From the IMG/VR virus record IMGVR_UViG_3300042310_000554: a stretch of 64,000 nt of DNA; one strand, given 5' to 3'. Shown here in pieces: positions 52,292 through 60,229 of this stretch; positions within the stretch are counted from its first letter, which is position 1; each line of letters starts with the position of its first letter. Made by a program: the position numbers and the translations under genes. The DNA is from an uncultured virus (IMG/VR IMGVR_UViG_3300042310_000554). Taxonomy: Duplodnaviria > Heunggongvirae > Uroviricota > Caudoviricetes. The notes below the pieces were generated by a model, which had not been told where the DNA came from, searched no databases, and saw only the letters and a program-made list of their open reading frames with translations.

Positions 52292-54343
52292 ATGATAGAA
52301 TCTATGGATGGTAACGAAGGAAGAGGTAAGAACACAAGTGTTTCCGAATCAGCAACACCAGTGTTAGACAATTTTAGTCGAGATTTAATAAAATTGGCTG
52401 AAGAAGGGAAATTAGACCCTGTTATTGGTAGAGAAAGTGAAATAACGAGAATTGCCCAAATTCTTTCTCGTAGAAAGAAAAATAACCCAATTATTATTGG
52501 AGAACCTGGTTGTGGTAAAACCGCAATCGTTGAGGGTCTTGCAATTAAAATCTATAATGGGGATTGTCCAAGAAACTTAATGGACAAAAGAATTGTATCG
52601 TTAGATATGACATCAATCGTTGCCGGAACAAAGTATCGTGGTCAATTTGAAGAACGAATGAAAGTAATTATAGAAGAATTACAAAACGCACCAAACATCA
52701 TCGTATTCATTGATGAGATTCATACCATCGTTGGAGCCGGAAATTCATCAGGGTCAATGGATGCATCAAACATCTTTAAACCAGCTCTTGCTCGTGGGGA
52801 AATCCAATGTGTTGGAGCAACAACATTAGATGAATATAGAAAAAACTTTGAAAAAGATGGAGCGTTAGAAAGACGTTTTCAAAAAGTTGTTGTTGATTCA
52901 CCAAGCAAAGAAGAGACATTACTTATCTTGGAAAACTCAAAAGATAAATACGAATCTTACCATAAGGTAACCTATTCCAACGAGATTTTAAATCTATGTG
53001 TTGATTTAGCGGAAAGATATATCACCGATAGAGAATTTCCGGATAAAGCGTTTGACATCTTGGATGAGGTTGGCGCAAGAAGTCAGGTAGAGATTAAAAC
53101 TCCGGACTCAATAGAAAAGTTGAAACTCCAAGCGTTTGATATTAAACAACAAAAAATGGATGTTGTTAAACGACAAGATTATGAGGAAGCCGCAAATCTT
53201 CGTGATAAAGAAAAAAGAGTCTTAAATAAACTTGAATCTGAAAAGAAAAAGTTTGAAGAGGAACTTCTTACAAATAAAAAAGAAATCACCATTGATTTGG
53301 TTTATGAGGTTGTATCCAATATTACCAAAATTCCAATTACCAAATTAAACTCTGATGAGACTAAATTATTATCCGAAATGGAAGTTAATTTATCGGATAA
53401 AGTTATTGGACAATCCGATGCAGTTTCAAAAATTGCTAAGTCAATTAGAAGAAGTAGAATTGGGATTAAAGACCCAAACAAACCAATTGGTTCATTTATC
53501 TTTTTAGGGTCAACCGGTGTTGGTAAAACATATCTGGCAAAACAACTCGCCAAACAAATGTTCGGTAGTGAGGATAATATGATTCGTGTGGATATGTCAG
53601 AATACCAAGAAAAACATACCATATCAAGATTAATCGGAGCACCTAGCGGATATGTTGGTTATGAAGATGGTGGACAACTAACCGAACAGGTTAAAAATAA
53701 ACCATATTCTGTTATTCTATTTGATGAGGTTGAGAAAGCTCATAAAGATATTTTCTCCACACTTCTTCAAGTATTGGATGAAGGACACCTAACCGATAGT
53801 TTAGGTAAGAAAATCAATTTCAAAAATTGTGTGATTATTATGACCTCAAATGTTGGAGCAAAAAAATTACAAGATTTTGGTTCAGGTGTTGGTTTTAAAA
53901 CTGGGTCAAGTACCTATGTTGAGGAAGAATATCGTAGAGATGTTTTGAAAAAGGAATTAAAGAAATTCTTTACTCCGGAATTTTTAAATCGTGTAGACGA
54001 GATTGTAATCTTTAATTCTTTAGTGAAAGAAGATGTTAAAAAAATCGTGAAATTAGAATTGGACATCTTAACTAATAGATTAATTGGAATGAAATACGAC
54101 ATCACTTTTGATGGTAGTGTTTTAGATTTAATATCTGATGTTGGATTTGATGAGACTTACGGAGCAAGACCAATTAAACGAGCTATCCAAGACAAACTTG
54201 AGGATTTTGTATCAGAGGAGATTATAAAAGGAAATGTGGTTGAAAACACCCCATACACGATTATCTCTGTGGATAAAGAAATTAAATTTCAAGAGGTTGT
54301 AGAAGTTGTGAAAAAGACAAGAAAGAAAAAGGGGGATGTATAA
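52292..54343 (+). CDS. clpC: ClpC-like AAA+ unfoldase lacking the N-terminal domain
   Basis: GEPGCGKT and GSTGVGKT Walker A motifs, KYRGQFEER, UVR-like middle domain (QDYEEAANLRD), VGF loop. Confidence 0.9.
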   Translation: MIESMDGNEGRGKNTSVSESATPVLDNFSRDLIKLAEEGKLDPVIGRESEITRIAQILSRRKKNNPIIIGEPGCGKTAIVEGLAIKIYNGDCPRNLMDKRIVSLDMTSIVAGTKYRGQFEERMKVIIEELQNAPNIIVFIDEIHTIVGAGNSSGSMDASNIFKPALARGEIQCVGATTLDEYRKNFEKDGALERRFQKVVVDSPSKEETLLILENSKDKYESYHKVTYSNEILNLCVDLAERYITDREFPDKAFDILDEVGARSQVEIKTPDSIEKLKLQAFDIKQQKMDVVKRQDYEEAANLRDKEKRVLNKLESEKKKFEEELLTNKKEITIDLVYEVVSNITKIPITKLNSDETKLLSEMEVNLSDKVIGQSDAVSKIAKSIRRSRIGIKDPNKPIGSFIFLGSTGVGKTYLAKQLAKQMFGSEDNMIRVDMSEYQEKHTISRLIGAPSGYVGYEDGGQLTEQVKNKPYSVILFDEVEKAHKDIFSTLLQVLDEGHLTDSLGKKINFKNCVIIMTSNVGAKKLQDFGSGVGFKTGSSTYVEEEYRRDVLKKELKKFFTPEFLNRVDEIVIFNSLVKEDVKKIVKLELDILTNRLIGMKYDITFDGSVLDLISDVGFDETYGARPIKRAIQDKLEDFVSEEIIKGNVVENTPYTIISVDKEIKFQEVVEVVKKTRKKKGDV

Positions 54344-54368
54344 TCCCCCCTTTAAATACCAAAAAAAT

Positions 54369-54394
54369 AACCCCACCTTTCGGAGGGGTTTTTT
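54369..54394. terminator. Terminator between convergent clpC and peptidase genes
   Basis: AACCCC-ACCTTTCGGA-GGGGTTTTTT; second hairpin at ~54328-54353. Confidence 0.7.
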
Positions 54395-54396
54395 AT

Positions 54397-55218
54397 TTAA
54401 AACTTATAAAAATATTTTGAATCTGTTTTATAAAGATATTTTTTATACCCCAAATCCTGAATCATCTTTTTACCGGTCTCTATTCCACTATAAACATCCT
54501 CAACAACCACATATTCATTTTTAGTGTGATAGTCGTAATAACCTATCGCAAAATTGATACAGGAGAAGTCAAAAATGTTTTTTAAAGCATAAACATCGGT
54601 ATAAGGATGTGATTGGTAATCGTGTCTACCCTGAAACCCCTCGTTTAAAGCAACATCACAAATTTTAAAGAACTCCCCATCTCTATCAAATAGTTGAGTT
54701 CCCATACAAAATTCACTAACCATAACATTTCCTGGAGCATCAAACTGAATCCCATAACCAACATTCATAAAGAAGTCAGGACTTGCTTTTTTGGACCCGT
54801 GACATCCGGTTTCTTCTGATACGAAGAATGCCGCCTTTAGATTTGGTAATTCTTTTAATAATTCCAAACAAGCATAAACACCACATTTATCATCACCACC
54901 AATTCCGGTTGGATTTCCAAAATCGTTAAACGCCTTTAATGATGGTTTTAATTCATTCTGCTCATTTACGGAAAATATCTCACGAACATTAATCGTGTCT
55001 ATGTTATGAACCGTATCTGTATGAGCAATAACACAGGGAAAATAATCTATAAATTCGTCTGTTTGTTTTGTTGCGTAGATATTATTATGTTCATCCACAT
55101 TGAAGGGAATCCCATTTTCCTCTAACCAATTGATTAGAAATTCTACCATAAGGTCTTCTTGATATGTTTTTGTCGGAACCGACAATACATCTTTTAATAA
55201 TTGATAATTTCTTTCCAT
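54397..55218 (-). CDS. M20/M28-family zinc peptidase
   Basis: AHTDTV, GGDDKCG, SEETG, QFD, HTKNE. Confidence 0.85.
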   Translation of the reverse strand: MERNYQLLKDVLSVPTKTYQEDLMVEFLINWLEENGIPFNVDEHNNIYATKQTDEFIDYFPCVIAHTDTVHNIDTINVREIFSVNEQNELKPSLKAFNDFGNPTGIGGDDKCGVYACLELLKELPNLKAAFFVSEETGCHGSKKASPDFFMNVGYGIQFDAPGNVMVSEFCMGTQLFDRDGEFFKICDVALNEGFQGRHDYQSHPYTDVYALKNIFDFSCINFAIGYYDYHTKNEYVVVEDVYSGIETGKKMIQDLGYKKYLYKTDSKYFYKF

Positions 55219-55259
55219 AGCACAAATATAGGGAAAATAATTAACATAAAAACATTATT

Positions 55260-56621
55260 TTAATTTATTCTAACAAAACCCTCAAATAATTCGGGTGAAA
55301 CTAAAAAGTTATTAAATTCTTCTTCGGTATAACTTCTACGAGCAACACCAGTTTTAGTGAAAACATCCATGTGTATTCTATTTGTTTCGGGGTCAATTTC
55401 TCTAATAAAAAATTCTCTACCATACGAAGTCTTACTTCTAGTGTTAGTCGGGTATTTAGAGACAACTCTATCGTAGATATTTGAATATTCTAAAATATCA
55501 ACATACTTATCGGATTCTTCTAATTCCTCAAGTATTTCATCTAATTCTTCCCCTATAACAATATTAAGTCGTTCTTCATCAAAATCATCACATTGTATTT
55601 CATATCTATATTCATCCCATCCACCAGTGTTAAATGTGTGTCCGATATCTGTTAAAACACCCTTAATGTCTTTAGTGGGGTCTTGACTAATCTTAAACAT
55701 TGATAATAAAAGACCGACAGTGGTATAATAAGTTCTAAAACAATCTATATTTATTAACCCATAATTTTGAAAAATTTCACAAATTTCATCCTTAATTTGT
55801 TTTTTAGCATCATCGTGACGACACCCATTTTCAAGGTCTACATACTCTTCTAAGATATTTTCAATTTTACCCTCAAACATTTCCATCAATTTTTGAGCCG
55901 CCACTTCTTTCTTATCATCATCATCTAACAAAATTAAATCAGGTGAAATATATTTTAAAATTTGTTTTAATTTACCCTTATTTTCATCTGAAAACCACCC
56001 GAAAAAATACCCCCCATGCCAATCATCGGCGGCTATATTATAATCAACATAATCATATGTGTCGCCGTAATATGAAAATAATCTATCCACATAATAAACA
56101 TCTTCTTCTTCAACCTGAAATAATTTAACATAATCCGAAATTTCATCAAAACGTAATTTGATTGTACTTTTACCTGGATTTTTTTCATTGTAATTAAATT
56201 TATAAACTAAATCGTCAGCACCTTCCATTTCATTAGATGACACCGGTTCACCATTCTTAACCTTAACCAATAATTCATAAATTGGACTATAACCAATTAT
56301 GGGTTCAAGTTCCGATTTAACTTCATCAGGTAACTCATAAAATAATTCTTTCCTATCAATAAGTCTATATCTCATAGCCTCACTACCCAAATAAAGTATT
56401 TCATTATCGGGACCTTTATGAATAACATATATTTGGATAGGTTCTTTATCTTTATCAATAATAAAGTAAGTATTTCCATCCCGAAATTCATCCCATTTAG
56501 ATTTTATCGAAGGAGGAGCGTAATATATAAAAGAATCGTAATCCATTGGTTCAACAATTAACCAATCGTCATTGTCAAATATTGTTTTAAATTCCCCGTG
56601 AGAGTCGTTTTTATCGGGCAT
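55260..56621 (-). CDS. Hypothetical acidic protein
   Basis: 453 aa ORF, ATATTTAT upstream. Confidence 0.7.
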   Translation of the reverse strand: MPDKNDSHGEFKTIFDNDDWLIVEPMDYDSFIYYAPPSIKSKWDEFRDGNTYFIIDKDKEPIQIYVIHKGPDNEILYLGSEAMRYRLIDRKELFYELPDEVKSELEPIIGYSPIYELLVKVKNGEPVSSNEMEGADDLVYKFNYNEKNPGKSTIKLRFDEISDYVKLFQVEEEDVYYVDRLFSYYGDTYDYVDYNIAADDWHGGYFFGWFSDENKGKLKQILKYISPDLILLDDDDKKEVAAQKLMEMFEGKIENILEEYVDLENGCRHDDAKKQIKDEICEIFQNYGLINIDCFRTYYTTVGLLLSMFKISQDPTKDIKGVLTDIGHTFNTGGWDEYRYEIQCDDFDEERLNIVIGEELDEILEELEESDKYVDILEYSNIYDRVVSKYPTNTRSKTSYGREFFIREIDPETNRIHMDVFTKTGVARRSYTEEEFNNFLVSPELFEGFVRIN

Positions 56622-56653
56622 AGATATTTATTTTAATAATAAATATATTTTTA

Positions 56654-56684
56654 TTTGGAATTATCTAAAAATGTATTATCTTTG
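56654..56684 (+). promoter_or_regulatory. Bacteroidota sigma70-type promoter for tmRNA
   Basis: TTTG (56654-57), 19 nt, TATCTTTG (56677-84). Confidence 0.75.
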
Positions 56685-56698
56685 TAGAGTTAAAATAT

Positions 56699-57114
56699 GG
56701 GAGTGACACGGAATTGACTATTCGTAATAGTTATTCGGGGCACGTAGTGAGATGTTCTCTATCACTTAAATCTATGGGTACAACAATTTAGACGGAAACG
56801 TTTTAAACAAAATGGCTCTATTAGGTCTTGTACGTCAAGATGAGCTTGTGAACGTAGCGTAAGCAAACACACATTGGGGTCGACAGACAGATGTACCTAG
56901 CAACAGAACTGTCTTAAGGTGTAATACCACCAGAAGATGTATTAGGAGTCTCGTTCAGGGGTCTACTCCAACACAAGTGAACCCGACACAGTTATTGGTG
57001 ACGATGTCAAAATAGGAACCAAATATTTGTCAGTTGAGAATTAACTGAATAAACGTGTAGTCCTTAATAGGTAATACAAGTAACACCGGGGTTCGAGTCC
57101 CCGCACTTCCACCA
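56699..57114 (+). ncRNA. ssrA: tmRNA
   Basis: 5' GGGAGTG pairs with 3' CACTTCC-ACCA with G3.U70; GGAATTGAC; T-arm CGGGG-TTCGAGT-CCCCG; pk1 AGTGA/TCACT; tag ORF 56794-56862. Confidence 0.93.
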
Positions 57115-57118
57115 AAAG

Positions 57119-57146
57119 AAAAACCCATCATACGATGGGTTTTTTT
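57119..57146. terminator. Bidirectional terminator
   Basis: AAAAACCCATC-ATAC-GATGGGTTTTTTT. Confidence 0.85.
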
Positions 57147-57170
57147 GTTATCAGTTCAAATGTTTATTTT

Positions 57171-57536
57171 TTAATCTTTTAATACTTGTTTATCCCCAAC
57201 CGGAGATGTAAATTTATTTGTTAATTTATCTAATCTTGAATCAAAATTTCTATATACGTCTCCAAACATTTTATCAACGTCATCCATTCTTTTGTTGGTG
57301 TATGTATTTGCTTCAGTATATAATCTATCAACCCTATCAATCTCACCATCAATACGACGATTGAGAGAATCACCACCACTATTAATATCATTGAAGATAT
57401 GTCCTTGAACTTGTTCTAATTGTTTGCATTTATTTTTTAATCTGTTAATCTGATTGCACATTATAACCATAACCACAACTCCCAGTACCCCGAGAACCAA
57501 ACCTATACCCATAATGAACGATGTTAAATCTACCAT
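57171..57536 (-). CDS. Single-TM coiled-coil membrane protein
   Basis: N-terminal hydrophobic helix then heptad-rich region. Confidence 0.65.
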   Translation of the reverse strand: MVDLTSFIMGIGLVLGVLGVVVMVIMCNQINRLKNKCKQLEQVQGHIFNDINSGGDSLNRRIDGEIDRVDRLYTEANTYTNKRMDDVDKMFGDVYRNFDSRLDKLTNKFTSPVGDKQVLKD

Positions 57537-57596
57537 AATTTCTTTTTTTTATTTGTTTATTATTGAACTGATGATTAAGTATAATAAAAAAAGGGA

Positions 57597-58034
57597 CTAT
57601 TTCAAGTCCCTTTTCATATCTCTCTCTATGTCCCGAGATTTGATGGTATCTCGTTTATCGTGTATCTTCTTCCCTTTGGCAAGAGCAATTTCCATCTTAA
57701 TCAATCCGGTGTCGTTTATGAAGACGCGATAAGGAACGATTGTGGTACCATTGATTAACTCATTCTCCAACTTAATAAGTTCTTTTCGTTTGGCTAATAG
57801 TTTTCTATCCTTTACGGTCTCGTGGAACGACCCAAACCCATAATCGGAGATGTTCATCCCCTTTATAAATAACTCCCCGTCATTAAAATAACAATACCCT
57901 TCAGAGATGGATACCTTCCCCTGACGAATGGACTTTACCTCTGAACCAACTAGTTTGATTCCCACAATTAGTGTCTGTAGGAATGAATACTCAAACTTGG
58001 CTTTCTTATTGACTATGTTAATTGATTTTTTCAT
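57597..58034 (-). CDS. smpB: SsrA-binding protein SmpB
   Basis: NKKAKFEY, GIKLVGSEVKSIR, RKLL, IALAKGKKIHDKR. Confidence 0.95.
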   Translation of the reverse strand: MKKSINIVNKKAKFEYSFLQTLIVGIKLVGSEVKSIRQGKVSISEGYCYFNDGELFIKGMNISDYGFGSFHETVKDRKLLAKRKELIKLENELINGTTIVPYRVFINDTGLIKMEIALAKGKKIHDKRDTIKSRDIERDMKRDLK

Positions 58035-58066
58035 AGGACAAAGATAATATAAAAATTGATATAAAC

Positions 58067-58099
58067 AAAAAAAGGTGACACAAATTAATGTATCACCTT
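58067..58099 (-). terminator. Intrinsic terminator of large ncRNA
   Basis: Minus strand AAGGTGATACA-TTAATT-TGTGTCACC-TTTTTTT. Confidence 0.8.
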
Positions 58100-58986
58100 C
58101 TTGGCTTAATACGATGAGAATACTCGTCTTATTGAGAATCTTCGGAAGGATTATTGTTTCCCTTCGTTTCCACCATCTTTTGAATGGTAATCCTCATTGC
58201 CGATTGGTTAGACCAATCACTCCTTGAGATATCATCTACTCTCTCATTATTCAACTCTCTTTAACCTTGCGAGCTAACTCAGGATTCGACTCCTTAGAGG
58301 TTTTTGGCGAGAATACATTCAGACTTGCGGTCATCCTGTGCAACGAACGGCTCGTTACTATGTAGGCAACTTGTCGACGATACCTGGTAAACATTTTTGC
58401 TATTGTCTATTTAGTTTTTCACCATATGAAAATAGTTAATGTGTTGTGGATGTATTCAGGAAGTAGTTTACCGTAAGCTCCCTAACCTTTTGGGTTAAAG
58501 AATACTAAACTTCCCGATGAGATATCCCTATCTCCAAATTTCAAGAATTCTTCAAATCAATATCTTGGTAGATATTTGATAGGGATAAAGTCAGCACCAC
58601 CTGTTACTTAATCTTGCCTTTCGGCGTTAAGATTCCTTTAATTTTGGAACTCGCAATCATAAGGTTGGATAACCTTACTTCTCACATAATCCCTATGAAT
58701 TATTTTTATTGGTGTTCCCACCTCAAACAGACAACCCACATTGCCTATTCAGTTTTCCATTTCCCTACGAAGTCATCCTCGGTACTACAGGCTCACTGAT
58801 ATTTCACTTGCTTACTCGAGTTCGGTTTCCCAAACCCCAAAATTAGTAACACAACTAATTTCGGTTTAATCCTCATTTCTGAGTTTATTTAAAGATGATA
58901 AGCCACCTATTATCTTTGATACAACACCGAAGTGTTATAATGGATAATCTAAAATTTCTAAGAACGTCTTTAAGGTTTCCCTTAAT
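58100..58986 (-). ncRNA. Large structured non-coding RNA (GOLLD/ROOL-like or novel)
   Basis: ~890 nt without a credible ORF, between promoter and terminator; many hairpins with GAAA/GCAA loops; long-range TAGGCAA/TTGCCTA pairing. Confidence 0.7.
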
Positions 58987-58993
58987 TGTTTTA

Positions 58994-59024
58994 CAAAGGT
59001 AAGTGATTTTTTTCTAAAGTCAAA
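58994..59024 (-). promoter_or_regulatory. Bacteroidota sigma70-type promoter for large ncRNA
   Basis: Minus strand TTTG, 19 nt, TACCTTTG. Confidence 0.8.
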
Positions 59025-59152
59025 CACTTTTGTAATTTTTTTTAATTTATTTTCTATCTTTATTCGGAATCATTTATTTTAATTCCAAAAAATATAAAGA
59101 CTACAGCTACAACTATAAAACATACTATCATAATTTTTTTTTAAAAAATAAA

Positions 59153-59242
59153 ATGTGTTGTGTAAGCTCTACCACTGCAGCTAAACCTTGGTCACCAGGA
59201 TTACGGTTGTTGGAATCGAACCAACGACTCTACACGACACAT
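59153..59242 (-). ncRNA. Circularly permuted tRNA-like RNA A
   Basis: Order: terminal stem, T-arm GTTGG-TTCGATT-CCAAC, closed acceptor-like stem, D-arm GCT-GCAGTGGTA-GAGC, terminal stem. Confidence 0.65.
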
Positions 59243-59247
59243 TTTTG

Positions 59248-59338
59248 TGGTATCAGATGGGCTCGAACCACCGGCACAGAGACTTTCGGGACTCCTGCTC
59301 TACCAAGGGAAATAAATCTCCCACTGAGCTATAATACC
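59248..59338 (-). tRNA. Atypical tRNA (Phe/GAA-like) with D-loop hairpin insertion and 8-nt anticodon loop
   Basis: GGTATTA/TGATACC acceptor, GCTC/GAGC D-stem, GGTGG-TTCGAGC-CCATC T-arm; loop CCCGAAAG. Confidence 0.6.
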
Positions 59339-59346
59339 ATATAAAA

Positions 59347-59430
59347 TAATGCGGGTGTATGCTCTACCATCTGAGCTACGGATTTGAAACCGGAGGGATT
59401 TGAAACCTCGACACAACACCCACACCATTA
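59347..59430 (-). ncRNA. Circularly permuted tRNA-like RNA B
   Basis: GTGGGTGT...T-arm GAGGT-TTCAAAT-CCCTC, CGG-loop-CCG, TA-GCTC-AGATGGTA-GAGC, ...ACACCCGC. Confidence 0.65.
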
Positions 59431-59454
59431 CTTCAACGAACTTATTTTCTTCTA

Positions 59455-59486
59455 CAAAGATAATACATTTATTTTAATCTGTCAAA
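59455..59486 (-). promoter_or_regulatory. Bacteroidota sigma70-type promoter for tRNA-like cluster
   Basis: Minus strand TTTG, 20 nt, TATCTTTG. Confidence 0.75.
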
Positions 59487-59503
59487 TATTTTTTGAAATT
59501 TTT

Positions 59504-59713
59504 TTAATTCATATTATCCAAGAACATTTCAATAATCTCATCTTCCTCTTCATCTGTCCCTTCGGCTCCGTTAATCCATTCTATGGTATCTACAGTGTAA
59601 TCGTCCCAATTGTCCCAGAACGCGTGAATTGTAAATTCTCTTCCATCCTCGGTTTTACCATCATAATCATAATTTGCTGAAGTTAAAACTTCGCTTGAAT
59701 AATTTATTTCCAT
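59504..59713 (-). CDS. Small acidic hypothetical protein
   Basis: 69 aa, strongly acidic, A-rich leader. Confidence 0.6.
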   Translation of the reverse strand: MEINYSSEVLTSANYDYDGKTEDGREFTIHAFWDNWDDYTVDTIEWINGAEGTDEEEDEIIEMFLDNMN

Positions 59714-59734
59714 TTTTTTTTATTTTTTAATTTG

Positions 59735-59827
59735 TAGTCAGGAGAGGAATCGAACCTCTCTACAGGGAGCTACCCGTCATCCATGACCTTCCATCGGACT
59801 CGAACCGACCTTGTATCCAACCTGACT
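59735..59827 (-). ncRNA. tRNA-like RNA with two T-arms
   Basis: AGTCAGG/CCTGACT-A acceptor; GTCGG-TTCGAGT-CCGAT and AGAGG-TTCGATT-CCTCT arms; no D-arm or normal anticodon arm. Confidence 0.55.
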
Positions 59828-59974
59828 ATTTTTCGCTAATGTTAAAAACTGAATCAATCTCCCTAAAAAACACTAACTTGGTACTTACTATATCGGCTCC
59901 CCCATCCTAGTTATATATTCACCTGAAACTTCGATGGGTTGTTGATTGACCACACCCACCTACTCAAATAGTTT

Positions 59975-60229
59975 TTACACACTCATCATCCAACCCATCC
60001 GGTTTTGAGATTGATACTCACTATAAGTACATTTTCTCATTGAGGAATAGTCGGGTCTCAACTTAACATGAGTCGGATATTTCTTCTCGTGTTCTTTGCT
60101 CTCTCTCACCACCTTAGCGTAAGCTTCTCTCTTACTTGGAGCCCACACATCATTAAATCCACCACCTATCCAATTAAACAAATAAAGGTATTCGCCGTTA
60201 ACACTTCTATACAATTTCTCTTTAGCCAT
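59975..60229 (-). CDS. Hypothetical protein (start revised to MAKEK)
   Basis: TATCTTTG box at ~60253-60260 lies upstream of ATG 60229. Confidence 0.6.
   Translation of the reverse strand: MAKEKLYRSVNGEYLYLFNWIGGGFNDVWAPSKREAYAKVVRESKEHEKKYPTHVKLRPDYSSMRKCTYSEYQSQNRMGWMMSV

Noticed and set aside
58614..58799. 61-aa plus-strand ORF
   Set aside because: TTG start, no recognisable features, antisense to the structured ncRNA
58100..58986. RNase P RNA, rRNA fragment or self-splicing intron
   Set aside because: No GAGGAAAGUCC-type RNase P signature or rRNA motifs seen; it interrupts no gene and has its own promoter and terminator (a covariance search is still needed)
59153..59430. Ordinary tandem tRNAs mis-parsed across gene boundaries
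   Set aside because: Each T-arm/D-arm pair is enclosed by its own terminal stem, and no anticodon arm or matching acceptor halves link neighbouring elements
59153..59680. Plus-strand ORFs 59153..59344 and 59384..59680
   Set aside because: Antisense shadows of the tRNA-like elements and the 59504..59713 gene
59860..59972. Additional structured RNA upstream of the double-T-arm element
   Set aside because: Only one weak hairpin and no recognisable motif; not enough support
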